64,000 nucleotides of DNA from Dehalococcoidia bacterium. Lineage in GTDB: Bacteria; Chloroflexota; Dehalococcoidia; Plut-88900. The notes under the pieces are model-generated. The model worked only from the letters and a program-made list of their open reading frames with translations, searched no databases and was not told the DNA's origin. The translations under genes and the position numbers were made by a program. This document shows positions 1 through 8,449 of this stretch, one piece after another; the stretch's first letter is position 1; every line of letters starts with the position of its first letter. Location: the NCBI GenBank assembly GCA_965207225.1, contig CBDBLV010000005.1:1952001-2016000 (forward strand), read 5' to 3'.

Positions 1-147
1 CGGGCAAATGGTGCGCCGAACCGTCCGTTCACGGCGGGAAAGCGCGTCCAAGGGGTGCCAAGCTAGTCTTCTAGCCATACTATATGTCTAACAAGGGCTT
101 CAAACGACCTTACAATAGCCTTCTTGGATTGATCTGGAGGCAAGAGA

Positions 148-1056
148 ATGTCTGACCAAGAGGAACGTGAAATCACTGCCGCTGATTTGCCCATGACTCT
201 TTACTTAAATCAACGGATGACATTCGATCTCCTTGCCACCCTTGAGGGAGGTTTCTCTAACTTTGCAACTGTTCAGACAACATCCTCTGGGGAAACAACA
301 ACAGAGTTGTCTGGAGGAGCGCAGCTCGGCGTCAGCAATGTCTTTGCCTTCCTCGGTATGCAATTGGGCGGCCATGGTTCCCGACAGGCAGGGCAGAAGC
401 TAAGCGAGAGCACTACAGAAAACATTGTTCACACGCCTGTCTCTCTTTTCGCCCGGCTCAGGAAAGAATTGCAGGACCGTGACTTGGTTCGCAGTATGTC
501 GACCTCATTCAATCTTGACGAGTTGCGCCCCAGTGACTTTGTGGAATTTGAAGCGACCCTTCGGCGACATCAATTGATAGTGCAACTTTCGGCGTTCGCT
601 GAACTAATCCCATTGATGGGTGCCTTCGAAGAGTCATCAGGCTCGAAGAGTCCGCGTCAACGCAGGCAAGATAAGAGCACGGCATCGCAGACTCTTAAGC
701 AAGTCAACTCGTTGTTGAGCGCATTAACAAGCGGTGAGTCGCGGGACCTCGTGTCTAGGATTGGTGAAACCAATGTAGTCATCACTACTGAACAGCAGTA
801 CTTCAATGATCCCACGATGAACGACATCATCGATGGAACCTTCCATGTATTCGGTAAGGCTACTCGTGTCATTCCAAGGGGCGATGATGCAACCATAAGC
901 CTTCTCAGAAAGGCCCCACTAGGGCAGTTCAAAGCCATTCTGCCAGCTATTGCTGAAGCAACGAGTCAGCTTGAGAGTCTGGGTCCTTCAGGGGATACAA
1001 CCACTGAGATTAAAGGTCCGGCAATCCAAGTCATGCCTATTGCCATTTTCTCCTGA
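148..1056 (+). CDS. Hypothetical protein, DUF6414-like; cargo of A1
   Basis: 302-aa ORF, GGAGG RBS, N-terminal YLN..MTFDLLA.LEGG pattern; lower GC than backbone. Confidence 0.55.
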   Translation: MSDQEEREITAADLPMTLYLNQRMTFDLLATLEGGFSNFATVQTTSSGETTTELSGGAQLGVSNVFAFLGMQLGGHGSRQAGQKLSESTTENIVHTPVSLFARLRKELQDRDLVRSMSTSFNLDELRPSDFVEFEATLRRHQLIVQLSAFAELIPLMGAFEESSGSKSPRQRRQDKSTASQTLKQVNSLLSALTSGESRDLVSRIGETNVVITTEQQYFNDPTMNDIIDGTFHVFGKATRVIPRGDDATISLLRKAPLGQFKAILPAIAEATSQLESLGPSGDTTTEIKGPAIQVMPIAIFS

Positions 1057-1202
1057 ACCCTGAAATCCGCTTGCCAATGTCACTTGTTGCGATCAACGTA
1101 ACAATTCGGCCGCCAATTGTTGGGACGACTGATGCTGTCCCATGCACCGGCACTGTCATGCGATGGTTGCCTACCGTGCAGGTTCTTTCCTACGTTAGAT
1201 AC

Positions 1203-2939
1203 ATGGCACTCTCTGACCGACAACTGCTAGACGCCCTGAGCCGGATGCCCTTCGTCGAATCGACGGATCTGGCGCTCATCCTGGGCGAGCCCCACGCCAC
1301 CGTCCACCGCAGGCTGTCCGAGCTGCTGGCCGACGGCCTCGCGGGGAAGGCCACCCACGGCACCGTCCACCTGCCCTCGAGCGGGAGATACTTCATCACC
1401 GCCAACGGCATCCAGGAGGCCGCCGACTTCCTGGGTTTCGACACGCCCTCGGAGTTCGTGCGGGCTTACCCCATGTCCAGGGAGTGGCTCACGCTGCTCA
1501 TACGCCGGATGGACGCCGTGGCCGCCGTCTACCGCCTGGCCGCCGCCATGTCGCCCGGCACGGATTCACATCAGACCCGCGTGGAGTTTCACCGCAAGGG
1601 CCGGTTCGACGCCACCATCACGCTCCACGACGGGCGAGACTTCGGCGTGGTGCGTCAGGGTCTCGGCCTGCGCAGGCGCTCCCTCCACGACCGGCTGCGT
1701 GCCCTAGCCCACTACGACGCCGGCCGCCGCCCGGACATCGTGCTCATCCTGGTTCCTAGTGTCTGGGAGCGGCGGCGGACGGGGAGGTTCTGCGAGGGGG
1801 TGTACCTGACGGACTTCTTCATCGCCGTGGAGTCCCGGTGGGCACTGGAACGGCGGGACCGCCGGGTCTGGCAGGAGACCACGGGGCTGTCCGGGCATTC
1901 GTACCTGACGCTGGAGCGGGTGATCTCCCGGGGCACGCCGGGCAGGAGACGACGACCCCTCACGGCGTCGCCGGAGCGGAAGCGAGCTTCCCTGCCCGAC
2001 CCCGAACGCATGGTGGGGGATTCGCCCGCCTTCGGTATCAGCCCCGCCGAGAAGCGGACGCTGGACCTGATCACCGACCACCCCATGATCCCCCGGGAGC
2101 ACCTGGCGACCTGGCTCGGCGTCTCGGAGGGAAGAATCAGTCAGATGATGCGCAGCCTCGTGAAGACTTGGGGCCTGATCGAACGTCACGGCAAACGGGG
2201 CGAGGTTCGCTACACGCTGTCCGACGAGGGGATACGCTACGTGACCCACCGGGACCGGGCCGAGCTGCCCACCACGCGGGGTATCTGGAGCACGGAGCTG
2301 ACCACGGACAAGGAGGGACGCAGGCGTCACGCGGGACACCGCATCGAGACGTGGGAGCGGCAGACGAAGCACGCCGACGGCATCACTTGGTTCCTGTCGA
2401 AGCTTGCGGCCGAGGCCAGGGAGAACCCCGACAGCGATCTGGTGTGGGTTGTGCCCACGGCCAGGTCCGACCGGGCCTACAACTGGGGCCGCTCCGCCAT
2501 CGCCCCCGACGCCGTGGGGCAGCTGGTCGCCGGGGGCCATCCCGTGCCCTTCTACCTTGAGCACGAGCTCAGAGTCCGCCACCCCAGGGGAGTCATGGCA
2601 CGCCTAAGTCCCTACGAGGACTACTACTGGTCGAACGAGCACAAAGAAGACCAGCCGCCGTACCCGGTCACGCTGTTCGTCGTGGACACCGAGGAGGTGG
2701 AGGAGACCTACGTGAGCACCGCAGGCCGGATGCACCGGATGTCGCTGCCCGTCCTGGTATCCTGCATCCCTGTGCTTAGCACCACGGGGATACTGGGGGA
2801 GTCCTGGCGCCCCCTGTGGGCGCCGTCCTCCCCCCGGCTGAGGCTGTCCCAGCTGCGTGATTACGTGTACGACCCGCTGTACCACCGGATGCGTCCCACC
2901 CGTCCTGTAGAGGCGTCCAATAGGAGGGGACATAGATAG
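1203..2939 (+). CDS. Replication-relaxation (Replic_Relax/MOBC-like) protein with duplicated wHTH modules
   Basis: Two wHTH-like segments; C-terminal PD...FYLEHEL...RL..Y PD-(D/E)xK-type motif; start taken at ATG 1203 by alignment with the copy at 27284. Confidence 0.7.
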   Translation: MALSDRQLLDALSRMPFVESTDLALILGEPHATVHRRLSELLADGLAGKATHGTVHLPSSGRYFITANGIQEAADFLGFDTPSEFVRAYPMSREWLTLLIRRMDAVAAVYRLAAAMSPGTDSHQTRVEFHRKGRFDATITLHDGRDFGVVRQGLGLRRRSLHDRLRALAHYDAGRRPDIVLILVPSVWERRRTGRFCEGVYLTDFFIAVESRWALERRDRRVWQETTGLSGHSYLTLERVISRGTPGRRRRPLTASPERKRASLPDPERMVGDSPAFGISPAEKRTLDLITDHPMIPREHLATWLGVSEGRISQMMRSLVKTWGLIERHGKRGEVRYTLSDEGIRYVTHRDRAELPTTRGIWSTELTTDKEGRRRHAGHRIETWERQTKHADGITWFLSKLAAEARENPDSDLVWVVPTARSDRAYNWGRSAIAPDAVGQLVAGGHPVPFYLEHELRVRHPRGVMARLSPYEDYYWSNEHKEDQPPYPVTLFVVDTEEVEETYVSTAGRMHRMSLPVLVSCIPVLSTTGILGESWRPLWAPSSPRLRLSQLRDYVYDPLYHRMRPTRPVEASNRRGHR

Positions 2940-3028
2940 CGTCGATGCAACGCTATCCGCCCTCCCTGCGGTCTGGGAGCCGCAAAACGGTGCAAGTTGT
3001 ACCTCCGGCAGGGTCTCGAAATACGCCA

Positions 3029-3440
3029 GACCGGTCATATTCCTCTGTTTCAGCTACGAAAGGGGCTGCACAGACCTCGACCGGTCAACGGCCAAATGTA
3101 CAAGTTGGGGAGAAGCTGTGCTAAAGTTGGGGAGCTCGCCGAAGACGCCAAAGTTGCACTTTTACCACCCTGACCGGTCAGCATTTTGAACGGGATGTAG
3201 GTAGGGACGCGGCTGTGAAGCGTCTTTGAGGAGCAAAATCGGCGTATTGGCGGCGTCTGCGGCCCATGCTGGCCCACCGGATATTGCAGGAATTGAGGTG
3301 GGGGTGCATGACGCGAAAAGGGGTGATGGGCAGGAGCGGACATTTCGGGCCAGCCACGTTCGGATTCATGCAACATTTCGGGGTTTGGGCCGAAAATGGT
3401 GACCGGTCGCTGTCAAGGACCGGTTCCACCGAAAATTGCA
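3029..3440 (+). promoter_or_regulatory. Conserved non-coding cis region (candidate oriT/ori)
   Basis: Four GACCGGTC palindromes (3029, 3079, 3172, 3401) and TTGAGGTGGGGGTGCATGACGCG at 3293-3315; motifs recur in the other elements. Confidence 0.55.
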
Positions 3441-3469
3441 GAAGCGGCCCACCCCGATAGAAGGCGAAT

Positions 3470-3907
3470 ATGACATCTCGGAAGCTGACGGAGAGATCGA
3501 GGGCCGGAGACGGCAAGCCCGACCAGAAGTGGGTCGTGGAGTACCTCGTACAGCGGGAGGGTCAGCGCAGGACGGCGGCCCTCCTGGGGGTGAACCGGAA
3601 GACGGTGGCGCTGGCGCTGGGCCGTGAGCGGCTGACGGGGAGGATGGCCCTGGCCGTGCAGCGGTTCATGGCCGGCCTGGACGATCCCGACGGGGAACTG
3701 GCGACGCCCCTGGACAGGCTGGAGGCGAGGATGCGGCGTGTGATCAAGGCCGTGGATGATCTCAGGGAGCGCGTGGATGACCTGACGGAGCGCGTGGAGG
3801 CCCTAGAGGCGGTGCAGCAGGAGCCCGATACCGAGGGCCGGGGGCTGGGCCTGTTCGACTGGTGGCGGCGGCGCAGGCCGCAGGGTGAGAACGAGAGACA
3901 TGGCTGA
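3470..3907 (+). CDS. HTH + coiled-coil protein
   Basis: GQRRTAALLGVNRKTV HTH-like segment then heptad repeat; identical copy at 31798, homologue at 62839-63696. Confidence 0.65.
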   Translation: MTSRKLTERSRAGDGKPDQKWVVEYLVQREGQRRTAALLGVNRKTVALALGRERLTGRMALAVQRFMAGLDDPDGELATPLDRLEARMRRVIKAVDDLRERVDDLTERVEALEAVQQEPDTEGRGLGLFDWWRRRRPQGENERHG

Positions 3908-4334
3908 GCGGGTGCGCTGGATTACGAAGGCGGAGGCGGCGCGGGAGATGGAGGTCTCCATTTCGACGCTGGACCGGATGATACGGCGTGGAGAGGTCGA
4001 GGTGCGCAGGGAGGGCCGGAGGGTCTACGTGGAGATGGAGGGGCCGGAGCGGGTGAGCGACGAGGAGCTGCTGCGTCGGGCTATTGGGCGGGAGGACAGG
4101 CTTCAACGGAGGCTGGTGAAGCTGGACCAACGGGCGCAGGCGTTGGAGCGGGAGCGGGACGAGGCCGTGTACGCCGCATCCGCCGACCGGCAGGCGCTAG
4201 AGGAGGTGGAGGAGGCGTATCAGAAGGAGCGGGCCGCCCGGAGAAGGATGAGGCGGTTGGCCGTCAGGCTTGGGTTGGCCGTGGTCGTGTTGCTAGCCGT
4301 CGTGGGCCTGCTCGTGTGGCGGCTGGTGGCATAG
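3900..4334 (+). CDS. Excisionase-like (MerR-type HTH) protein with coiled coil and C-terminal transmembrane helix
   Basis: ITKAEAAREMEVSISTLDRMIRRGEV motif; hydrophobic C-terminus LGLAVVVLLAVVGLLVW. Confidence 0.7.
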   Translation: MAERVRWITKAEAAREMEVSISTLDRMIRRGEVEVRREGRRVYVEMEGPERVSDEELLRRAIGREDRLQRRLVKLDQRAQALERERDEAVYAASADRQALEEVEEAYQKERAARRRMRRLAVRLGLAVVVLLAVVGLLVWRLVA

Positions 4335-4344
4335 GGTATAGCGC

Positions 4345-7023
4345 ATGGCCGGAGATGACATCGGACACCAGATACGCATCGCCGCCGAGAGCACTAGGCT
4401 CTACCGCCTATTCGCTGTTGGACCGACGCGTGTGTCGCTGACCGACGAAACGCTCACCTTCGAGGGACGCCTGGGTGGAGCATCCGACGAGGTGCCCGTC
4501 GGAGCCATCGACTCAATCACGGTCTCACCATCGTTGTTGTGGCATCGGCTGACCATACAGTTGGGAGATGGGACCGAGCGGTCAGTTGGAGGACTTGACG
4601 AGAGCAGAGCTGCACGGGTCCGGGACGCGGTGTTGGCGAGCACCGTCGAGGTCGCCAAGGCTTTGAGCCCTGAATTGAAGTGGCTCGATGAGCAGGTTCG
4701 ACAACACTTCGCCGCCGACCGCTACGCCCGATACAGCGACTGCCGGAAGCTTCACGAGTCTCTAGCGCCGGTTCTACGGCAATGCAAGGCACTCACCCGT
4801 GGACGCCTGAACCAAGAAGCGTCAGAGACGGCGGAGCGGCTTTCGCCCCTAGAATCGGTTGCGGGGTTCGAGGCGGCAAGAAGGCGTGCGAACAGCCTGT
4901 TCATTTCCAACGCCAAGCCCTCCGTACAGCAAGCCGCATCCGAGACGCTGGGTAACCCTCTCACGGATGAACAGGCCGAAGCCGTCGCCACCGACGAGGA
5001 CGCGACCCTTGTGCTGGCGGGCGCGGGAACGGGCAAGACCGCGGTCATCGTCGGCAAGGTCGCCCATGTCGTTCACAATTTGGGTGTTCGCCCGAACGAG
5101 GTGCTGGTCCTGGCATTCAACCGCAAGGCGGCCGATGAGATACGGGGACGGCTCAAGGGCGACCTCTCCGCAGCGCACGTCCACACCTTCCACAGCTTCG
5201 GTCGCCGCGTCATAGCCGAGTCCGAGTCCGCTCCCACCATATCGAAGCTGGCCGAGGACGAACTGGCGCTGAGGCGCGCAGTTGACAACATCATCGGCGA
5301 GCTACTCAACGACCTGGAGCAGTCGAGGGCTGTGATCGACTTCATCGTCTACCACCACGCGCCCTACAGATCGGCCTTCGAGTTCGACACCCTTGACCAG
5401 TACGAGGAGTACGTCCGCGAAGTCGATTTGCGGACCCTGAGCGGGGATCTGGTCAAGAGTTTCGAGGAACTGTCCATCGCGAACTACCTGACGGAACACG
5501 GCGTCGAGTTCCGGTACGAAGACCTGTACGAGACAGCGACGGCGACGAACCAACACAGGCAGTACCAGCCGGATTTCTTCCTGCCCGGCCACGACATCTA
5601 CATCGAGCACTTCGCACTCAACGAACATGGACGCCCTCCCCCCGGCTGGAGAGGGTACGTGGAGGGCGTCGAGTGGAAGAGGAACATCCACCGTCAACAC
5701 GGCTCGACGCTGGTGGAGACCTACAGCTGGCAACACCGGCGGGGCATCCTGCTTGAGACGCTGCGCAAGCGCCTCGAAGAGGCAGGGGTTAGCTTCGAGC
5801 AGGTACCTCGCCAAACCCTGGTGCGGCAACTCGGCCAGGAGCAGACGTCGTCGCTGGCGGGGCTGCTGGCGACCTTCCTGAATCACGTAAAGACCGGCGG
5901 CCTCTCGCCCGAGACGCTTCGCGCCCGCGCTCGCGAGAGCGGGGGCCGTTGGCGCAATGAGAGCTTCCTTGCCGTTTTCGAGCAGGTGCGCAACCGCTAC
6001 CAGAAGCTGCTCTCGGACCAAGGGGAGCTGGACTTCCACGACCTCATCAACGTCGCCGCAGGGCATATCCGTGAGGGCCGATGGAAGTCTCAGTATCGTT
6101 ACGTTCTGGTGGATGAGTTCCAGGACATATCCGCAGGTAGGAAGGCGTTCATACACGCCCTCCGGGACCAGGACGTGGCCTACTTCCTGGTGGGCGACGA
6201 CTGGCAGTCGATCTACAGGTTCGCGGGGAGCGACGTCGGTCTCCTGCGCGACTGCGGAGACCTGCTCGGCCACGTGGAGGAGCGAACGCTGAGCCTGACC
6301 TTCCGGTTCGCCGACGGCATACTCGGCCCCTCGACCGAGTTTGTGAAGCGGAACCCGGAGCAGACCCAGAGACCCTTGCTGTCCGCCAGCGGAGCGGAGG
6401 ACGAGGGCGTCACCATCGTCGCCGACGCCAGTCCCGCTGGCGGCGTTGCTCGGGCGTTGCAGGACATCGAGGCAAGGGCGCAGGGTGAGCCTCGCAGCGT
6501 CCTTGCGCTGGGGCGCTACCGGCAGGGCCGCGAGGTGGTCCAGTCGATTCGGCGGAGCAGGTCGCTACGAGTGGAGTTCAGCACGGTTCATGGAGCGAAG
6601 GGCCGCGAGGCCGACTACGTGATCCTGCTCGACCTCAACGACGGTCGTTATGGGTTCCCTTCGAAGGTGGAGGACGATCCGCTGCTGGAGCTCGTGCTGC
6701 CCCCGGTCTCGGGGGGAGCTTATCCATTTGCGGAGGAGCGGCGGCTCTTCTACGTGGCGATGACCCGGGCGCGGAACGGCGCATACCTGGTGACCGACCC
6801 TGTGCGGCCATCCCAGTTTGTGACGGAACTGTTAAGGGAATCCGACGACCTGCGGCAGATCGGCGAACTCGCGACGAAGTGTCCGCGTTGCGGCAGGGGC
6901 GTGCTCCAGGTGATCAATGGCAGGCGCGGCCGCTTCTGGGGCTGCACTGGGTACCGGTCCACGCCGCCATGCCGATACACCAAGGACATTGAGGGAGAAA
7001 CCGCCCATAGAGGGCGGGAATAG
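4345..7023 (+). CDS. UvrD/helicase IV-like SF1 helicase with internal PD-(D/E)xK-like insert and C-terminal topoisomerase-type Zn ribbon
   Basis: AGAGTGKT, VDEFQD, GDDWQSIY.F, STVHGAKGRE, EERRLFYVAMTRA; insert KS.EE..IAN...PDF...IEHF; CPRC...GC...C. Confidence 0.9.
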   Translation: MAGDDIGHQIRIAAESTRLYRLFAVGPTRVSLTDETLTFEGRLGGASDEVPVGAIDSITVSPSLLWHRLTIQLGDGTERSVGGLDESRAARVRDAVLASTVEVAKALSPELKWLDEQVRQHFAADRYARYSDCRKLHESLAPVLRQCKALTRGRLNQEASETAERLSPLESVAGFEAARRRANSLFISNAKPSVQQAASETLGNPLTDEQAEAVATDEDATLVLAGAGTGKTAVIVGKVAHVVHNLGVRPNEVLVLAFNRKAADEIRGRLKGDLSAAHVHTFHSFGRRVIAESESAPTISKLAEDELALRRAVDNIIGELLNDLEQSRAVIDFIVYHHAPYRSAFEFDTLDQYEEYVREVDLRTLSGDLVKSFEELSIANYLTEHGVEFRYEDLYETATATNQHRQYQPDFFLPGHDIYIEHFALNEHGRPPPGWRGYVEGVEWKRNIHRQHGSTLVETYSWQHRRGILLETLRKRLEEAGVSFEQVPRQTLVRQLGQEQTSSLAGLLATFLNHVKTGGLSPETLRARARESGGRWRNESFLAVFEQVRNRYQKLLSDQGELDFHDLINVAAGHIREGRWKSQYRYVLVDEFQDISAGRKAFIHALRDQDVAYFLVGDDWQSIYRFAGSDVGLLRDCGDLLGHVEERTLSLTFRFADGILGPSTEFVKRNPEQTQRPLLSASGAEDEGVTIVADASPAGGVARALQDIEARAQGEPRSVLALGRYRQGREVVQSIRRSRSLRVEFSTVHGAKGREADYVILLDLNDGRYGFPSKVEDDPLLELVLPPVSGGAYPFAEERRLFYVAMTRARNGAYLVTDPVRPSQFVTELLRESDDLRQIGELATKCPRCGRGVLQVINGRRGRFWGCTGYRSTPPCRYTKDIEGETAHRGRE

Positions 7024-7202
7024 CGGGGCTGAGAGAAGCCGCCGCCTGACACTTCGACTCTCCCTCGTCGTCCTGAATGACGGATTTACAGGCTCTCAAC
7101 CGCTGCCAGGGTTGTCGTGAATCGGTTGCGTCAAGGTATCCTATGGCCTACAATGGGGATGGAATGCAACTTCCCCCACACGGGGGTCTACGGAGGGTTG
7201 AG

Positions 7203-8051
7203 ATGATACGACAGCGATTGGGTCTATTGGCCGTGCTAGCAGCTGTTGCGGTAATGGGGCTGGCTGTAGCCTGCACCGACGATTCGTCCGCCGTCGAGGA
7301 CGCGATGATGGAAGAGTTGAGCGCCATTAGCGCAACGACGGACCAGCTATCCCAATCGTTGGCACAGGCGCAGTCTGCGGCTGCTGATTCTGACGGAGGC
7401 ATACTGGTGACCGGGGAAGGCCGTCTCAGCGTGGAGCCGGACCTGGCGGTGCTCAACATTGGTATTGAGGCGCAGTCAGAGACGGTCTCTCAGGCGAGAA
7501 CCGATGCGGCTCAGGCAAAGTCGAGGGTTGTGGCAGCCGTCAAGACGCGGGGCCTGTCCGACAAAGACATTCAGACCACGTCGTTCAACATTAGACCGGA
7601 GTACCGGTACGAGGAGATCGAACGAGACGGCAGCTACGTGAGTGAGCGGAAGCTCGTCGGCTATGTCGTCAGCAACTTTGCAATGATCAAGATACGCGAC
7701 CTGGACGCCGTCGGTCCGATCATCGACGATGTGGCGGAGGCCGGGGGAGACCTTGCCAGGATCAACGGAATCAGCTTCACCGTGGAGGACCCGAAGCCCT
7801 TCATGGAGGAACTCCGGAGGGAGGCATTCGAGGAGGCGAAAGCCAAGGCGGAGCAGCTTGCGGGCCTAGCAGGCGTGACGCTTGGCCATGCCCTGTCGAT
7901 AAGCGAGTCCGCCGCGGCGGACGGCTTGCCTGGCTCCGATCTTGATTTCCTGCGCCAGATAGCTGCCTACGACTACGAGAGCAGCCCCATCAGCGGTGGG
8001 GAGACGGAGCTTCGTCTGACGGTCAGAGTACGGTTTGCCCTGGAGCCGTAG
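7203..8051 (+). CDS. SIMPL domain (DUF541) lipoprotein
   Basis: Lipobox LAVAC; VTGEG...EPDLA, A..KAEQLA...G..LG....ISE pattern. Confidence 0.85.
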   Translation: MIRQRLGLLAVLAAVAVMGLAVACTDDSSAVEDAMMEELSAISATTDQLSQSLAQAQSAAADSDGGILVTGEGRLSVEPDLAVLNIGIEAQSETVSQARTDAAQAKSRVVAAVKTRGLSDKDIQTTSFNIRPEYRYEEIERDGSYVSERKLVGYVVSNFAMIKIRDLDAVGPIIDDVAEAGGDLARINGISFTVEDPKPFMEELRREAFEEAKAKAEQLAGLAGVTLGHALSISESAAADGLPGSDLDFLRQIAAYDYESSPISGGETELRLTVRVRFALEP

Positions 8052-8390
8052 ATGAACGCAATGGAAGCAAGGACGGCGGCAATGACAAGGACGAAGACCA
8101 AGCGATGGGACCCGTCGGAGCATCTGGAAACCGCAGAGGAGATGGCAGCCTACCTGAGCGCCGCCTTCGAAGAGGACGACGTGCGGCTGATCCTGGCAAC
8201 GCTGGGGGACATCGCCCGCGTCCGGAGGATGGCGGTGGTGGCGCAGGAGACGGGGCTGGGCAGGGAGAGCCTCTACAAGTCGCTGTCCGCCGACGGCAAC
8301 CCGGAGTTCGTCACCATCTTGAAGGTGATGCGCGCCGTGGGACTCAGACTTCAGGTCGCAGTGGTGCCTGGAGCGAACGACGCCGCCTGA
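8052..8390 (+). CDS. Addiction-module antidote protein (HI1420-like XRE antitoxin), no cognate toxin adjacent
   Basis: WD..EHLET.E.MAAYL..., LGDIAR, TGLGRESLYKSLS.DGNP.F.TI motif. Confidence 0.85.
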   Translation: MNAMEARTAAMTRTKTKRWDPSEHLETAEEMAAYLSAAFEEDDVRLILATLGDIARVRRMAVVAQETGLGRESLYKSLSADGNPEFVTILKVMRAVGLRLQVAVVPGANDAA

Positions 8391-8449
8391 GAGCGTCGCA
8401 GTGACGGACGACACGACTGAGGGAACAGACGATTCCAGAGGAGGACGAC

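Noticed and set aside
3293-3315. G-quadruplex role for the GAGGTGGGGG motif
   Set aside because: Too few G-tracts per copy; conserved flanks fit a protein-binding or nick site better
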